Assembly (NCBI GenBank): GCA_038065415.1
Contig: JBBTRA010000001.1
Location: 7,894-71,893 of the forward strand
Reading direction: 5' to 3'
Length of the DNA stretch: 64,000 nucleotides
DNA from: Patescibacteria group bacterium
GTDB lineage: Bacteria > Patescibacteriota > Minisyncoccia > Phycocordibacterales > PALSA-1337
The stretch's first letter is position 1. The number at the start of each line of letters is the position of its first letter. This document shows positions 47,653 through 56,373 of the stretch, piece by piece. The notes beneath the pieces are model-generated. The model saw only the letters and a program-made list of their open reading frames with translations, did not search any database and was not told the DNA's origin. Both the position numbers and the translations under genes were made by a program.

Positions 47653-48366
47653 CTAGAAGTAACGGACTCTCTGCAGATGTCTTTTCTCGTCTTTGATTTC
47701 CGTGCGGGCATGAAGAAAACGGGTGTTATCGAGGAACAAGACCGAACCGCGCGGCAATGACACCGATGTGACACAGGCTGGATTAGCGATCTGCGCATCG
47801 AGCGCATCGAGAGCCTGGATATGCTCAGCTGACAACTCGGATTCGATGATGCACTCTCGTCTATACGCGATGCGATTGCCCTTGAACAAAATCGGGCCCG
47901 TAGAATACTCACGATCCTTCATGAATTCTTTTGGTATTTTGACTTTGACGTCGTGTGCGAGTAAGTCCTTAGTACGCCGATCGAGAAGAGAAAGGATATC
48001 ATCGATATCGATCATCTTACTGATGCCGCCCCCGAACCTATCTGGATGAATCACGTACAGAGCGACATACGGAGGAGGCGGAACTTCAAAAGAACAATCT
48101 GTATGGAATACAAATTCCTCCATCGTCTGTGAGCGAGCCACGGTCTCGGAAGACTCACCAGGCTTTGGTTTGATATCCCATACATATGCATTATTACCAT
48201 TGTGACTATGAGGCTTCCCAACCTTATGGATGAGGGAGAGTACATCGATCTCCTTTTCGAATTGAGCCAAGAAGACCCCATGCTTAGTCATCTCATTTTT
48301 GTACTGTGAGACATCAAAGTCGTTCTGGTCTATATATGTGAAGGTTTTGAGATTATTTTCTTTCAT
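47653..48366 (-). CDS. TauD/clavaminate-synthase-like Fe(II)/2-oxoglutarate dioxygenase
   Basis: FHTD facial triad, GG.S, DNTRFLHAR, RHLQR. Confidence 0.9.
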   Translation of the reverse strand: MKENNLKTFTYIDQNDFDVSQYKNEMTKHGVFLAQFEKEIDVLSLIHKVGKPHSHNGNNAYVWDIKPKPGESSETVARSQTMEEFVFHTDCSFEVPPPPYVALYVIHPDRFGGGISKMIDIDDILSLLDRRTKDLLAHDVKVKIPKEFMKDREYSTGPILFKGNRIAYRRECIIESELSAEHIQALDALDAQIANPACVTSVSLPRGSVLFLDNTRFLHARTEIKDEKRHLQRVRYF

Positions 48367-48367
48367 G

Positions 48368-49561
48368 TCATTTTTCCTGCATAGGCTGTATAAAACGGGC
48401 AAAATCATGCTTATGGGTATGGGATACACGATACAGTCCCGGGCCGAAGAATGCATCATCCCACATAGGAAGGACTCCTGCTAGATACCATTCATTGACC
48501 TTCCGCTTGAGTGGATCCCAAAAACGAAACTTCTTCTGAACTATATATGGCTGAAGCAGTGTATCAGGACGTTTGAGAATAGCTTTCCAAACTGCAGGCT
48601 CCTTTTCTTTGCCGATATATAACCCATCGGCTTTTCCTGAAATCGCTTTCTTCCCTACCCATTTGGATCGATCTTTCTCGGCTTTCGAGAATATTTTTGG
48701 ATGCGTGTCACTCGTATATGTCGGGATCACGAACCCTGTGAGCAAAGCTGTTTCAGATGCGGTCAGATATCTCCTCATGATGCGGACATCTGACAGGACC
48801 GAGAGGAGCCTCTTGTCATGGACGATGAATAGCGTACGCGGGTCATTGAGGATGGTGGTGCCCGATATGATCGCATCACAAATAACCTTCAGGTGTTTCT
48901 CCACCTCATCCTGATGGAGCTCGAGCACTACGGTTGGATACTTTTTGAGAATCTTCTTCAGATCTTTCACCCCGAAAAGTTGTGCGCTCGGATATTCCAA
49001 GAGAAATGAGTGGACATCGTATCCATCTTCACGGTCTTTGATCACAGGCACATCTTGTGTACCAAATCGCTCCTTCATACTGTTTTTGAGATTCTGTATC
49101 CCGCGCATCTGAGAATACATAGGAAAAAGACTTTGGAATGCTTCGTTCATATATATGCTCATGAAGAACCCATTGAAGATGAACCGAGCATTGATCTCAC
49201 ACAAGAGCGGCTGTCCGACTTTCGTATAGATATAATCGGGTCTGATAGCACCGACCCGATATGGACACGAGGATATCCGGCGAAGCTGGGTCGCTACTTC
49301 TTTGGCAAGGGGAACTCTTTTCTGTATATCCGTATCACTGAAATAGTTTTCGACTATTCCGGTAAGTGCTTTGTGAAGAACCCTCTGCACCTGCACAAAT
49401 GTGTCAATCTCCTTCCGTGAATGCACTATCGGAAATGGATAGAACTCATCGGCATATCCGTTGCGAAAAAGTGCTTTGGGAGAGAGCTTCTTGATCAGCT
49501 TGAACCGCGTGTCTACATATCCATCAACTGTGATCGTTTTTGGGATTCGGAAATAGGGCAT
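48368..49561 (-). CDS. ATP-grasp (glutathione/GSP-synthetase-like) ligase
   Basis: RPDY, CEINAR, HDKR, WVGK...SGKADG, LQPYI. Confidence 0.75.
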   Translation of the reverse strand: MPYFRIPKTITVDGYVDTRFKLIKKLSPKALFRNGYADEFYPFPIVHSRKEIDTFVQVQRVLHKALTGIVENYFSDTDIQKRVPLAKEVATQLRRISSCPYRVGAIRPDYIYTKVGQPLLCEINARFIFNGFFMSIYMNEAFQSLFPMYSQMRGIQNLKNSMKERFGTQDVPVIKDREDGYDVHSFLLEYPSAQLFGVKDLKKILKKYPTVVLELHQDEVEKHLKVICDAIISGTTILNDPRTLFIVHDKRLLSVLSDVRIMRRYLTASETALLTGFVIPTYTSDTHPKIFSKAEKDRSKWVGKKAISGKADGLYIGKEKEPAVWKAILKRPDTLLQPYIVQKKFRFWDPLKRKVNEWYLAGVLPMWDDAFFGPGLYRVSHTHKHDFARFIQPMQEK

Positions 49562-49573
49562 GATACTACAATC

Positions 49574-49930
49574 TTATTTTTCTGTATTCTGTTTGACCCT
49601 GAACTTCACGATCTTGGTGATCAGTCCGAATGGAATCGGCTTGTCCAAAGGGAATTTGACGGTACCTTTGGATGTTTCGTATTTCGACAGCTCTTTTTTG
49701 AATGCCGCAATAGCACCTGAACCGGGATACAGCCCTATATGATACTCGTATCCCCCGAAGTGGATGAGGTTTCCCTTCAGTACAAAAGTTGGGATACCAT
49801 ACTTGATCGCCTCCTCCGCTTTTGGTGCCGCTCTATGGATAGTCGCACGAATCTGCTGAAGAAGAGCTTGCGTCTTCGCAGGATAGTTCGCAATATAGAA
49901 ATCTATGGTTTTGTAACTCTTCATTTTCAT
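49574..49930 (-). CDS. DUF1801/YdhG-like protein
   Basis: APKAEEAIKYGIPTF, HIGLYP, SKGTVKFPLDKPIP. Confidence 0.92.
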   Translation of the reverse strand: MKMKSYKTIDFYIANYPAKTQALLQQIRATIHRAAPKAEEAIKYGIPTFVLKGNLIHFGGYEYHIGLYPGSGAIAAFKKELSKYETSKGTVKFPLDKPIPFGLITKIVKFRVKQNTEK

Positions 49931-50036
49931 GACGCTATCTTAGCATGAGTCGTACTATATTGACCTCCCCTCTTCCCGTAGGACAAATCTATACAAATAC
50001 ATCATTGCATGATAGAATTTTCGCAGATACCCTCAT

Positions 50037-50486
50037 ATGAAAACTCGCGCATGGATTCCTTTCGCCCTTGCAGTCGCATGCTTGGCACCAAGTCTGGCAT
50101 ACGCTGAACCGTTTGATTCCCACGATGTAACTCTCGTGGTTCATACCATCGATGACGCAGATGTCCCCGACGTGGTACTGCTCGACGGGAATCTCCGTAT
50201 TCACATGGACACCAATACTCCGATATCCCTCCGGGATCTCGTACTATCATTCCCTACAGGACCAGGGGGTGCTCCATTCTATGAATACCCTCTGCCTCAA
50301 TCGGGGTGGGAAGATTCGGTTCCTGTCATCCTTTGGGATGATACACCGTTCGACCACCCACCCACATCAGCCGGATCTTCGGGAGACGATGAGAGTGTAG
50401 TATGCGAGGTCGTTGTACCAGAACCAACTACAGCGTCACTGCTTCTCTTGGCTGGTAGCACTTTCTTGTTCCGCAGACGTCGGTGA
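50037..50486 (+). CDS. PEP-CTERM sorting-domain protein
   Basis: Signal peptide; C-terminus VPEPTTASLLLLAGSTFLFRRRR. Confidence 0.88.
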   Translation: MKTRAWIPFALAVACLAPSLAYAEPFDSHDVTLVVHTIDDADVPDVVLLDGNLRIHMDTNTPISLRDLVLSFPTGPGGAPFYEYPLPQSGWEDSVPVILWDDTPFDHPPTSAGSSGDDESVVCEVVVPEPTTASLLLLAGSTFLFRRRR

Positions 50487-50572
50487 TTCTATCACCGTAC
50501 AACGCATCAGGCATAGTCTCACACAAGGACTATGCCTGATTTTTATTATAGCGAATGGACTGATTCTGAAAA

Positions 50573-50968
50573 CTACAAAATAGGTTGTCGTGGCTTCTTG
50601 AGTTTGCCACCGAACCATACGAGTGGAAATGCGGTCACCGCGAGAGCTATGGGATACCAGTGCTGTGACAGATCCCAACCGACAACAACGCCAGCAATAC
50701 CTCCGATCGTCCCGAGGACTCCCAGTGCCACAACATGACGCATCGGGTAATTCGGCGCAAGACGAGCAGTCACATAACCTCCAACTACGGCATAGATGCT
50801 CCTATAGATGAATGCCAGTACAAGCATCCATGTCACAAAAAGCCCCACCTCCGTTGGTGCGGGAAAAATACCGAGCATTTCCAGTATCGTGTCGGTGCCA
50901 ATGGAAAGGAATGCCACTGCAGCGAATCCTGCGAGCACTGCACCAATGCTTTTGAAGATGTTTTTCAT
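50573..50968 (-). CDS. Four-TM membrane protein
   Basis: GGYVTARLAP, WYP; hydrophobic. Confidence 0.85.
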   Translation of the reverse strand: MKNIFKSIGAVLAGFAAVAFLSIGTDTILEMLGIFPAPTEVGLFVTWMLVLAFIYRSIYAVVGGYVTARLAPNYPMRHVVALGVLGTIGGIAGVVVGWDLSQHWYPIALAVTAFPLVWFGGKLKKPRQPIL

Positions 50969-51022
50969 ATATGTGTATTATACTATACTGCTTCAATATA
51001 TAGCGTGTTAAGATAATTATAT

Positions 51023-51505
51023 ATGAACTCAATACCAAAAAATACAATCTGTCTGTGGTTCGATAAAGATGCGTTCGATGCAGCGACCTTCTATGCAGCC
51101 ACGTTCCCAGATAGCGCAGTAGGTGCCGTTTACCATGCGCCCTCTGACTTCCCCAGTGGTAAGAAAGGTGATGTGCTCACCGTAGAATTCACCGTCTGCG
51201 GGATTCCGTGTATCGGCCTGAATGGTGGTCCAACCTTCAAACAGAGTGAGGCGTTTTCCTTTCAGATCGCGACGGACGACCAGGAAGAAACAGATCGTTA
51301 TTGGAACGCGATCGTCAACAATGGCGGAAAGGAAAGCGAGTGCGGGTGGTGCAAAGATCGCTGGGGACTATCTTGGCAGATCACACCACGCACACTGAGT
51401 GAAGCTTTTGCGGCTGGCGGTGACGAAGCAAAGCGTGCTTTCGAAGCGATGATGACTATGGGAAAGATCGATGTTGCGGCTATTGATGCGGCGAGACGAG
51501 GTTGA
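51023..51505 (+). CDS. VOC family PhnB-like (3-demethylubiquinone-9 3-methyltransferase-like) protein
   Basis: CLWFD, LNGGP, CGWCKDRWGLSWQI. Confidence 0.93.
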   Translation: MNSIPKNTICLWFDKDAFDAATFYAATFPDSAVGAVYHAPSDFPSGKKGDVLTVEFTVCGIPCIGLNGGPTFKQSEAFSFQIATDDQEETDRYWNAIVNNGGKESECGWCKDRWGLSWQITPRTLSEAFAAGGDEAKRAFEAMMTMGKIDVAAIDAARRG

Positions 51506-51564
51506 GGCATACTATTTCTCACCATGCGATTAGGGGCCGTAATCACATTACCAGAAGATGCTTA

Positions 51565-52551
51565 TTAGAAATTAGCTTCCAGTTCTTTATATAGATTACC
51601 TTTAATAGCCAGCTCCATGATCCGTATTTCGCTTGTAATAAAATGATTAGCTCGATCTGAATGCTGGTTGTAATACATATCCTCTACCCATGCACTCATA
51701 GCCATTTTAGCAATTCTCATGTGTATACCTCTCATTAATTCTTCTGCACCTATTGAGCACATCGTTCGATACCCTTTCAAAAACTCTTTCATTGCACGCA
51801 AATTCTGATTTAGATCTGTACTCTGCTGAAAACAAATATAGAAAATGGCGCGTGCTACCTCATAGGATCGAGGAGCAAATTCGGTCTTTTCCCAATCACA
51901 TATGCCGATTATTTTTCTACTAGCAGAATCAATCATTATATTCCCCGTCTGATAGTCTCCATGAGTTATCGTGTCATTTGGTAGAAATATGGAATCAATG
52001 TGCTGTAACACGTCAAGCTTAAAATCGATGTATTCCAGCATCAAACCATCGGTCTCATTAGGACTGGTTTTGTCTAAAATCAATTTTCTGAAGTTCCCAA
52101 GTCGGTCACTAATAATTTCGGGTGAAGGCCTGCCGAATTCCTTGATCTTCAAAGAGATTGGAGGGTGTTCCTTGCCGACTATATGTATCTTTCCCAACAT
52201 TGCACCCATGTTTAGATAATCCTCCAAAGAGTAAGCATGACTCCTATCGCTTTCTACATACTCATAGAGAGTATACAGTTCATGATCTCCTGCTACACAA
52301 ATCTCACCTTGAAGCGTCGTTCGCATTGCAATGGCGGGAATCCCCTTCAATTTCATCCACGATTCAATCCCATAAATTTCAGGAATTTTGGTTCGGGATT
52401 TCTCTCTTACTGATTTAACAAAATATCTGCCAGAATCTGTGGTGATTATATAATTTTCATTAAGTACCCCTTCTGCCACAACATCAATTGAAGTATACGT
52501 GCCTAAGCCGTATTGCTCACACACGCGTTTTATATCATCGGGTGAGATCAT
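51565..52551 (-). CDS. APH/homoserine-kinase-type-II phosphotransferase
   Basis: GVLNENY, LGKIH, HGDYQTGN, DWE; AT-rich. Confidence 0.88.
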   Translation of the reverse strand: MISPDDIKRVCEQYGLGTYTSIDVVAEGVLNENYIITTDSGRYFVKSVREKSRTKIPEIYGIESWMKLKGIPAIAMRTTLQGEICVAGDHELYTLYEYVESDRSHAYSLEDYLNMGAMLGKIHIVGKEHPPISLKIKEFGRPSPEIISDRLGNFRKLILDKTSPNETDGLMLEYIDFKLDVLQHIDSIFLPNDTITHGDYQTGNIMIDSASRKIIGICDWEKTEFAPRSYEVARAIFYICFQQSTDLNQNLRAMKEFLKGYRTMCSIGAEELMRGIHMRIAKMAMSAWVEDMYYNQHSDRANHFITSEIRIMELAIKGNLYKELEANF

Positions 52552-52688
52552 ATGTTTTGGATTGATACTAAAATTGTAACAAACTTATGTGCTGGCGTCT
52601 TTGAGCAAGAGCCGTAGTCGGTCAAGCCCAGTAAGGTTATCTTTAACACTTTTATCTTACCATTTCGACGGTCTTTGAGCACTCTATT

Positions 52689-53810
52689 TTAGTCGCTTAA
52701 TTTTTCTACAAAATAACCAACTCGCAGCTTGTTTAGACTTAGTAATTCTTTTCTAAACATTTGTATATGAACATTCAAATATTTTTTATCATTTGAAAAT
52801 ACAGACTTTGTTGCATTGAGATACTGACCAAAGTTCACTATTTGTACTAGGCTCGTGTTCTCATTCTCAATGATCCCTCCTTTCCTCTTTGATCTACAAA
52901 AAAATATGGCACGTGTCGGTGAGATCGGCATCATAATCCAGAGATCGTCTTTGTCTATATCCCACCACGCTGGATATTGCAGTATTTCACTTCGGTGGAA
53001 ATCTAAAAGTACAACCGGGTTGTCGGAGATGACAAATCTGTCGTCCATAGTTGCTGGCACGTCAATGATGTGGAAGTTTCTTCTGAAGATCTTTTCAGCA
53101 ATATGAGTGGCGATCTGATTAGATAATGAGCCAATGTGGTTTTTTGCACCAGCTATTTTAAGATTGGATTTGTGTTTTAGAAGATCGTCTATCGTTGCAC
53201 CCAAACCGTTGAGGACAATCTTTTTGTTCATCGATTCGTGAGTTCCTAGATCATCAATAATCAACCCTTTGTTTTCAAAGCAGAAAATCAAATACCTTTC
53301 TATTGCCGAATGAAATGCTGGGACTCGGGTAAGTTGAAAAGCAACAAACACAGCAAGTGTGGATTCCTCTAAGTAAGTTAGTTTAGGTTCTCCAGAAACA
53401 GTATTCAGATACTTGATGACCTGATTCCCGAAGTATTCAAGGTTCTCTGCAAATACTTTCTTCTCTATAAAATCAGATTGTTTACCGTCTTTATCCTTGA
53501 ACAAATAGAAGTCCTTTGCGGAAGCAACACCATTTATGCTTGTTTTCTCTATTTTGGGATTCTCAAAACTAAACTCCCACGCTTGACCCTTGTCAGTGCC
53601 ACTGTCCGCTATTCTAAACCGACGCAATATAAGCTGAGGTACATAGTGGTGTTCCTTATCTGTTTCGTTCGTATTAACGTACTCACCAAAATTTTCAAAC
53701 AATCCCATCAAGAAAAAAAGAGTTTTTGCCGACCAACGACTTTTACCCAGTCTGTATTTGAACGCGAGCAGGGTTATCTTACGTCCGATTTTAGCAAGAT
53801 ATTTTTTCAT
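52689..53810 (-). CDS. DUF4238-domain protein
   Basis: HHYVPQ..LRRF, DFY, FVISDNPV, PISP; AT-rich. Confidence 0.85.
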   Translation of the reverse strand: MKKYLAKIGRKITLLAFKYRLGKSRWSAKTLFFLMGLFENFGEYVNTNETDKEHHYVPQLILRRFRIADSGTDKGQAWEFSFENPKIEKTSINGVASAKDFYLFKDKDGKQSDFIEKKVFAENLEYFGNQVIKYLNTVSGEPKLTYLEESTLAVFVAFQLTRVPAFHSAIERYLIFCFENKGLIIDDLGTHESMNKKIVLNGLGATIDDLLKHKSNLKIAGAKNHIGSLSNQIATHIAEKIFRRNFHIIDVPATMDDRFVISDNPVVLLDFHRSEILQYPAWWDIDKDDLWIMMPISPTRAIFFCRSKRKGGIIENENTSLVQIVNFGQYLNATKSVFSNDKKYLNVHIQMFRKELLSLNKLRVGYFVEKLSD

Positions 53811-54816
53811 CTTTAAGTGTTTTGTTGTGTCCGCAGGCGAATGCAAAAAAGATACCTTCGGAAGTGTTCTTCGTTTCCATTACCATAAGGGCTGTGCCAC
53901 AGAATGGGCAAGCATCATCGACCAAACTATTTAACTCCTTTGCTTCTGTAGTCTGATCGCCTGATTCTTTTGTTAGTTTTTCTTTGACGAGAACAATCAT
54001 CTGGTCTTTCCACTCCTGCATATTCTTTACAAGTTTGTGATCCACATTTTCGACAATGCCCTCTTTCGTCAAAACTTTGTAACTTGGATCAAGTGTCTTG
54101 CGTGTTCTTCGCTCGTGTCCAAAATATGATGAAAGTAGTTCGTTGTGTGTGAGCACCATAAAATCACCGATATACGAGCCGACACTCATTGCACTCTCGC
54201 TTATTTTTTGAGTTATCTTTTCGACTCCCTTTTGATCCCATTTTCTCCAGTCATGGTTATGCTTGCTGGTGTATGACGATAGTTCACTGATAAGGCTGTG
54301 TATAAGACGTTTTTGATTCTCTATTTCTTTATTCAAAACGTTTTTAGCAGGCAGGATAGGTTCTAGTGCCGCCTCCCAGTCCTCTGTGATGTACATAAAC
54401 TGTAAAAACTTTTCAGAAAACTTTGAGTAATGGCTGTACAGTTCTTGTGTGTACGCCGTCCATTTTTGTTCACCTTCAAAAACACACTCCTGCTCGTTGT
54501 ATGGCAACCACATATCTTTGTACTGTTTTTTCAGTCCAAGTTTAAAAGGAATCATACTAGATTCCATCAAGATAAAAGGTGGACTGCTATGAGCATTTAG
54601 CTTACTGATCGCGTCTTGAGCTTCTTTGTGTATCTGAACAAACTGTTTGTAGATTTCGTATCTGACCTGAATCTTATGTTGCTGTTTAGTACCCCATTGC
54701 TGTATCAAGAGTGCAAAAATCCAACCGATAATAGCAAGAAGGATAGTAACGGTTAAAGTTAGCGTATCAATATTTTCTGAAAGAGTCTTAATATTTTCTA
54801 TTAATAGATTTGTCAT
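53791..54816 (-). CDS. Hypothetical protein with N-terminal TM and C-terminal zinc ribbon
   Basis: 341 aa, CPFCG..CGH; overlaps the DUF4238 gene; AT-rich. Confidence 0.8.
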   Translation of the reverse strand: MTNLLIENIKTLSENIDTLTLTVTILLAIIGWIFALLIQQWGTKQQHKIQVRYEIYKQFVQIHKEAQDAISKLNAHSSPPFILMESSMIPFKLGLKKQYKDMWLPYNEQECVFEGEQKWTAYTQELYSHYSKFSEKFLQFMYITEDWEAALEPILPAKNVLNKEIENQKRLIHSLISELSSYTSKHNHDWRKWDQKGVEKITQKISESAMSVGSYIGDFMVLTHNELLSSYFGHERRTRKTLDPSYKVLTKEGIVENVDHKLVKNMQEWKDQMIVLVKEKLTKESGDQTTEAKELNSLVDDACPFCGTALMVMETKNTSEGIFFAFACGHNKTLKDEKISC

Positions 54817-54860
54817 TTTATTGTTTTCGAACTAGATATCTTTGAGCTAGCTCTTATTTG

Positions 54861-54931
54861 CTGGGGGACTTGGATTCGAACCAAGATACTGGGCTTCAAA
54901 GGCCCATGTCCTACCATTAGACGATCCCCCA
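54861..54931 (-). tRNA. tRNA-Gln(TTG)
   Basis: TGGGGGATCGTCTAATGGTAGGACATGGGCCTTTGAAGCCCAGTATCTTGGTTCGAATCCAAGTCCCCCAG folds as a cloverleaf; CCA not encoded. Confidence 0.97.
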
Positions 54932-54948
54932 AGGGTGCACGCACAATA

Positions 54949-55965
54949 CTACTGACAAATCCTGACTGTCGCAAGCTCGAGCGGCAAGACCTCGATCGTT
55001 GCTCTACGAATACCGTCAGCTGCCTCGAGGAGTGCTGCGAGCATGCCAGCAGTAACCGCCTTCTTCCCCGCTTGCGCCTCGATGAACGCCCAGTCGTCAT
55101 CGGACACCCGCTCTTGGATTGACGACTTCGAGGACGCAGAGTGCTGGAGCAGAAGGATGAACCTCATCTTCTCCAAGACCAGTGTCGAGAAGATGGCCAT
55201 GGAAATACCAGACTTCTCAGCTTCACTGAGGGCCGCGAGCGCCTGATCGGCATTCTTGGAGACGATATTCTCGACGAAGGCATTGACGAGCGAGGCCCGA
55301 GGAGCGCCCGTGATAGCCTCTACCTCAGTACGAGTCAGCTTCTTGTCCGACGATGATGAGATCACCTTCTCGAGCATACCCAGCGCATCACGGAATGATC
55401 CATCACCGAGAAGTGCAATCAGGTCAGAGGCGCCAGCATCCAGGTCGTATCCCTCTTTCTTGGCGATAGCGGCGACTTGCTTGCGGATGACTTCCCTTCC
55501 TGGCGTACGAAAGACGAATGTCTGACAGCGTGAGACGATAGTATCGGGAACCTTGTCGAGCTCAGTGGTCGCAAGAATGAAGATGACATGCTTAGGTGGC
55601 TCCTCAAGTGTCTTAAGGAGTGCATTCCACGCATCCTTGGAGAGCATGTGGACCTCGTCGATGATGTAAACCTTGAAGGGCGATGTGAACGGCAGGACCG
55701 AGACATGCTCACGAAGCTCGCGGATATCATCGATACCACGATTTGAGGCGGCGTCGATCTCATAGACATCCTCATCGGCGGTTTTCAATTCTCGGGCAAG
55801 AATGCGAGCGACGCTGGTCTTACCGGTGCCACGAGTACCCGAAAAGAGATATGCGTGGGCTGGGCGGTCATTGCCCACACTCTCACGAAGAGCGGTAACT
55901 ATCTGCTCCTGGCCAATAACTTCGGACCATTTTGCAGGGCGATATGTACGGTAGAGGACGGGCAT
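54949..55965 (-). CDS. dnaX: DNA polymerase III subunit gamma/tau (short form)
   Basis: LYRTYRP, GTRGTGKT, EIDAASNRG, IIDEVHML, LKTLEEPP, SRCQ. Confidence 0.97.
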   Translation of the reverse strand: MPVLYRTYRPAKWSEVIGQEQIVTALRESVGNDRPAHAYLFSGTRGTGKTSVARILARELKTADEDVYEIDAASNRGIDDIRELREHVSVLPFTSPFKVYIIDEVHMLSKDAWNALLKTLEEPPKHVIFILATTELDKVPDTIVSRCQTFVFRTPGREVIRKQVAAIAKKEGYDLDAGASDLIALLGDGSFRDALGMLEKVISSSSDKKLTRTEVEAITGAPRASLVNAFVENIVSKNADQALAALSEAEKSGISMAIFSTLVLEKMRFILLLQHSASSKSSIQERVSDDDWAFIEAQAGKKAVTAGMLAALLEAADGIRRATIEVLPLELATVRICQ

Positions 55966-56373
55966 AGGGGTAGTTTACAGCCAAACCGGGAAATTGAAAA
56001 CCCGCCAGAGGCTGAATGGCGGGTGAAAATCTTTCCATCTTACGGAGATGAGAGATTTGGTTAAGGATGAAGCATCGTCAGCTTGTACGTCGGTTCTCGA
56101 TGCTATGAGTCGCGCCTTCGATCAACCGGGTCTGATGGTGAGGGGAGTTGCAATCGGAGAGCCGCGAGCGGCGCCGATCGCAAAACCGTAAGTATTTCCT
56201 TCCATAGGTAGTCCTTCAGTGTTGCGGCGTTGTGTCTTATCGACATGTTGCTCCATACGACTGGGTCCCCGGAGACAGGAGAGGTGCAAAAAGCCTTCTC
56301 ATCGACCGATGCGTTCTTGAAGAGCTGATTGCGGATTCAGTCAAAATACTAGCATGGCCTCAAAGAAAATCAA

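Noticed and set aside
55990-56373. SRP RNA, RNase P RNA or tmRNA upstream of dnaX
   Set aside because: No SRP loop motif, no GAGGAAAGTCC, and no tRNA-like ends seen.
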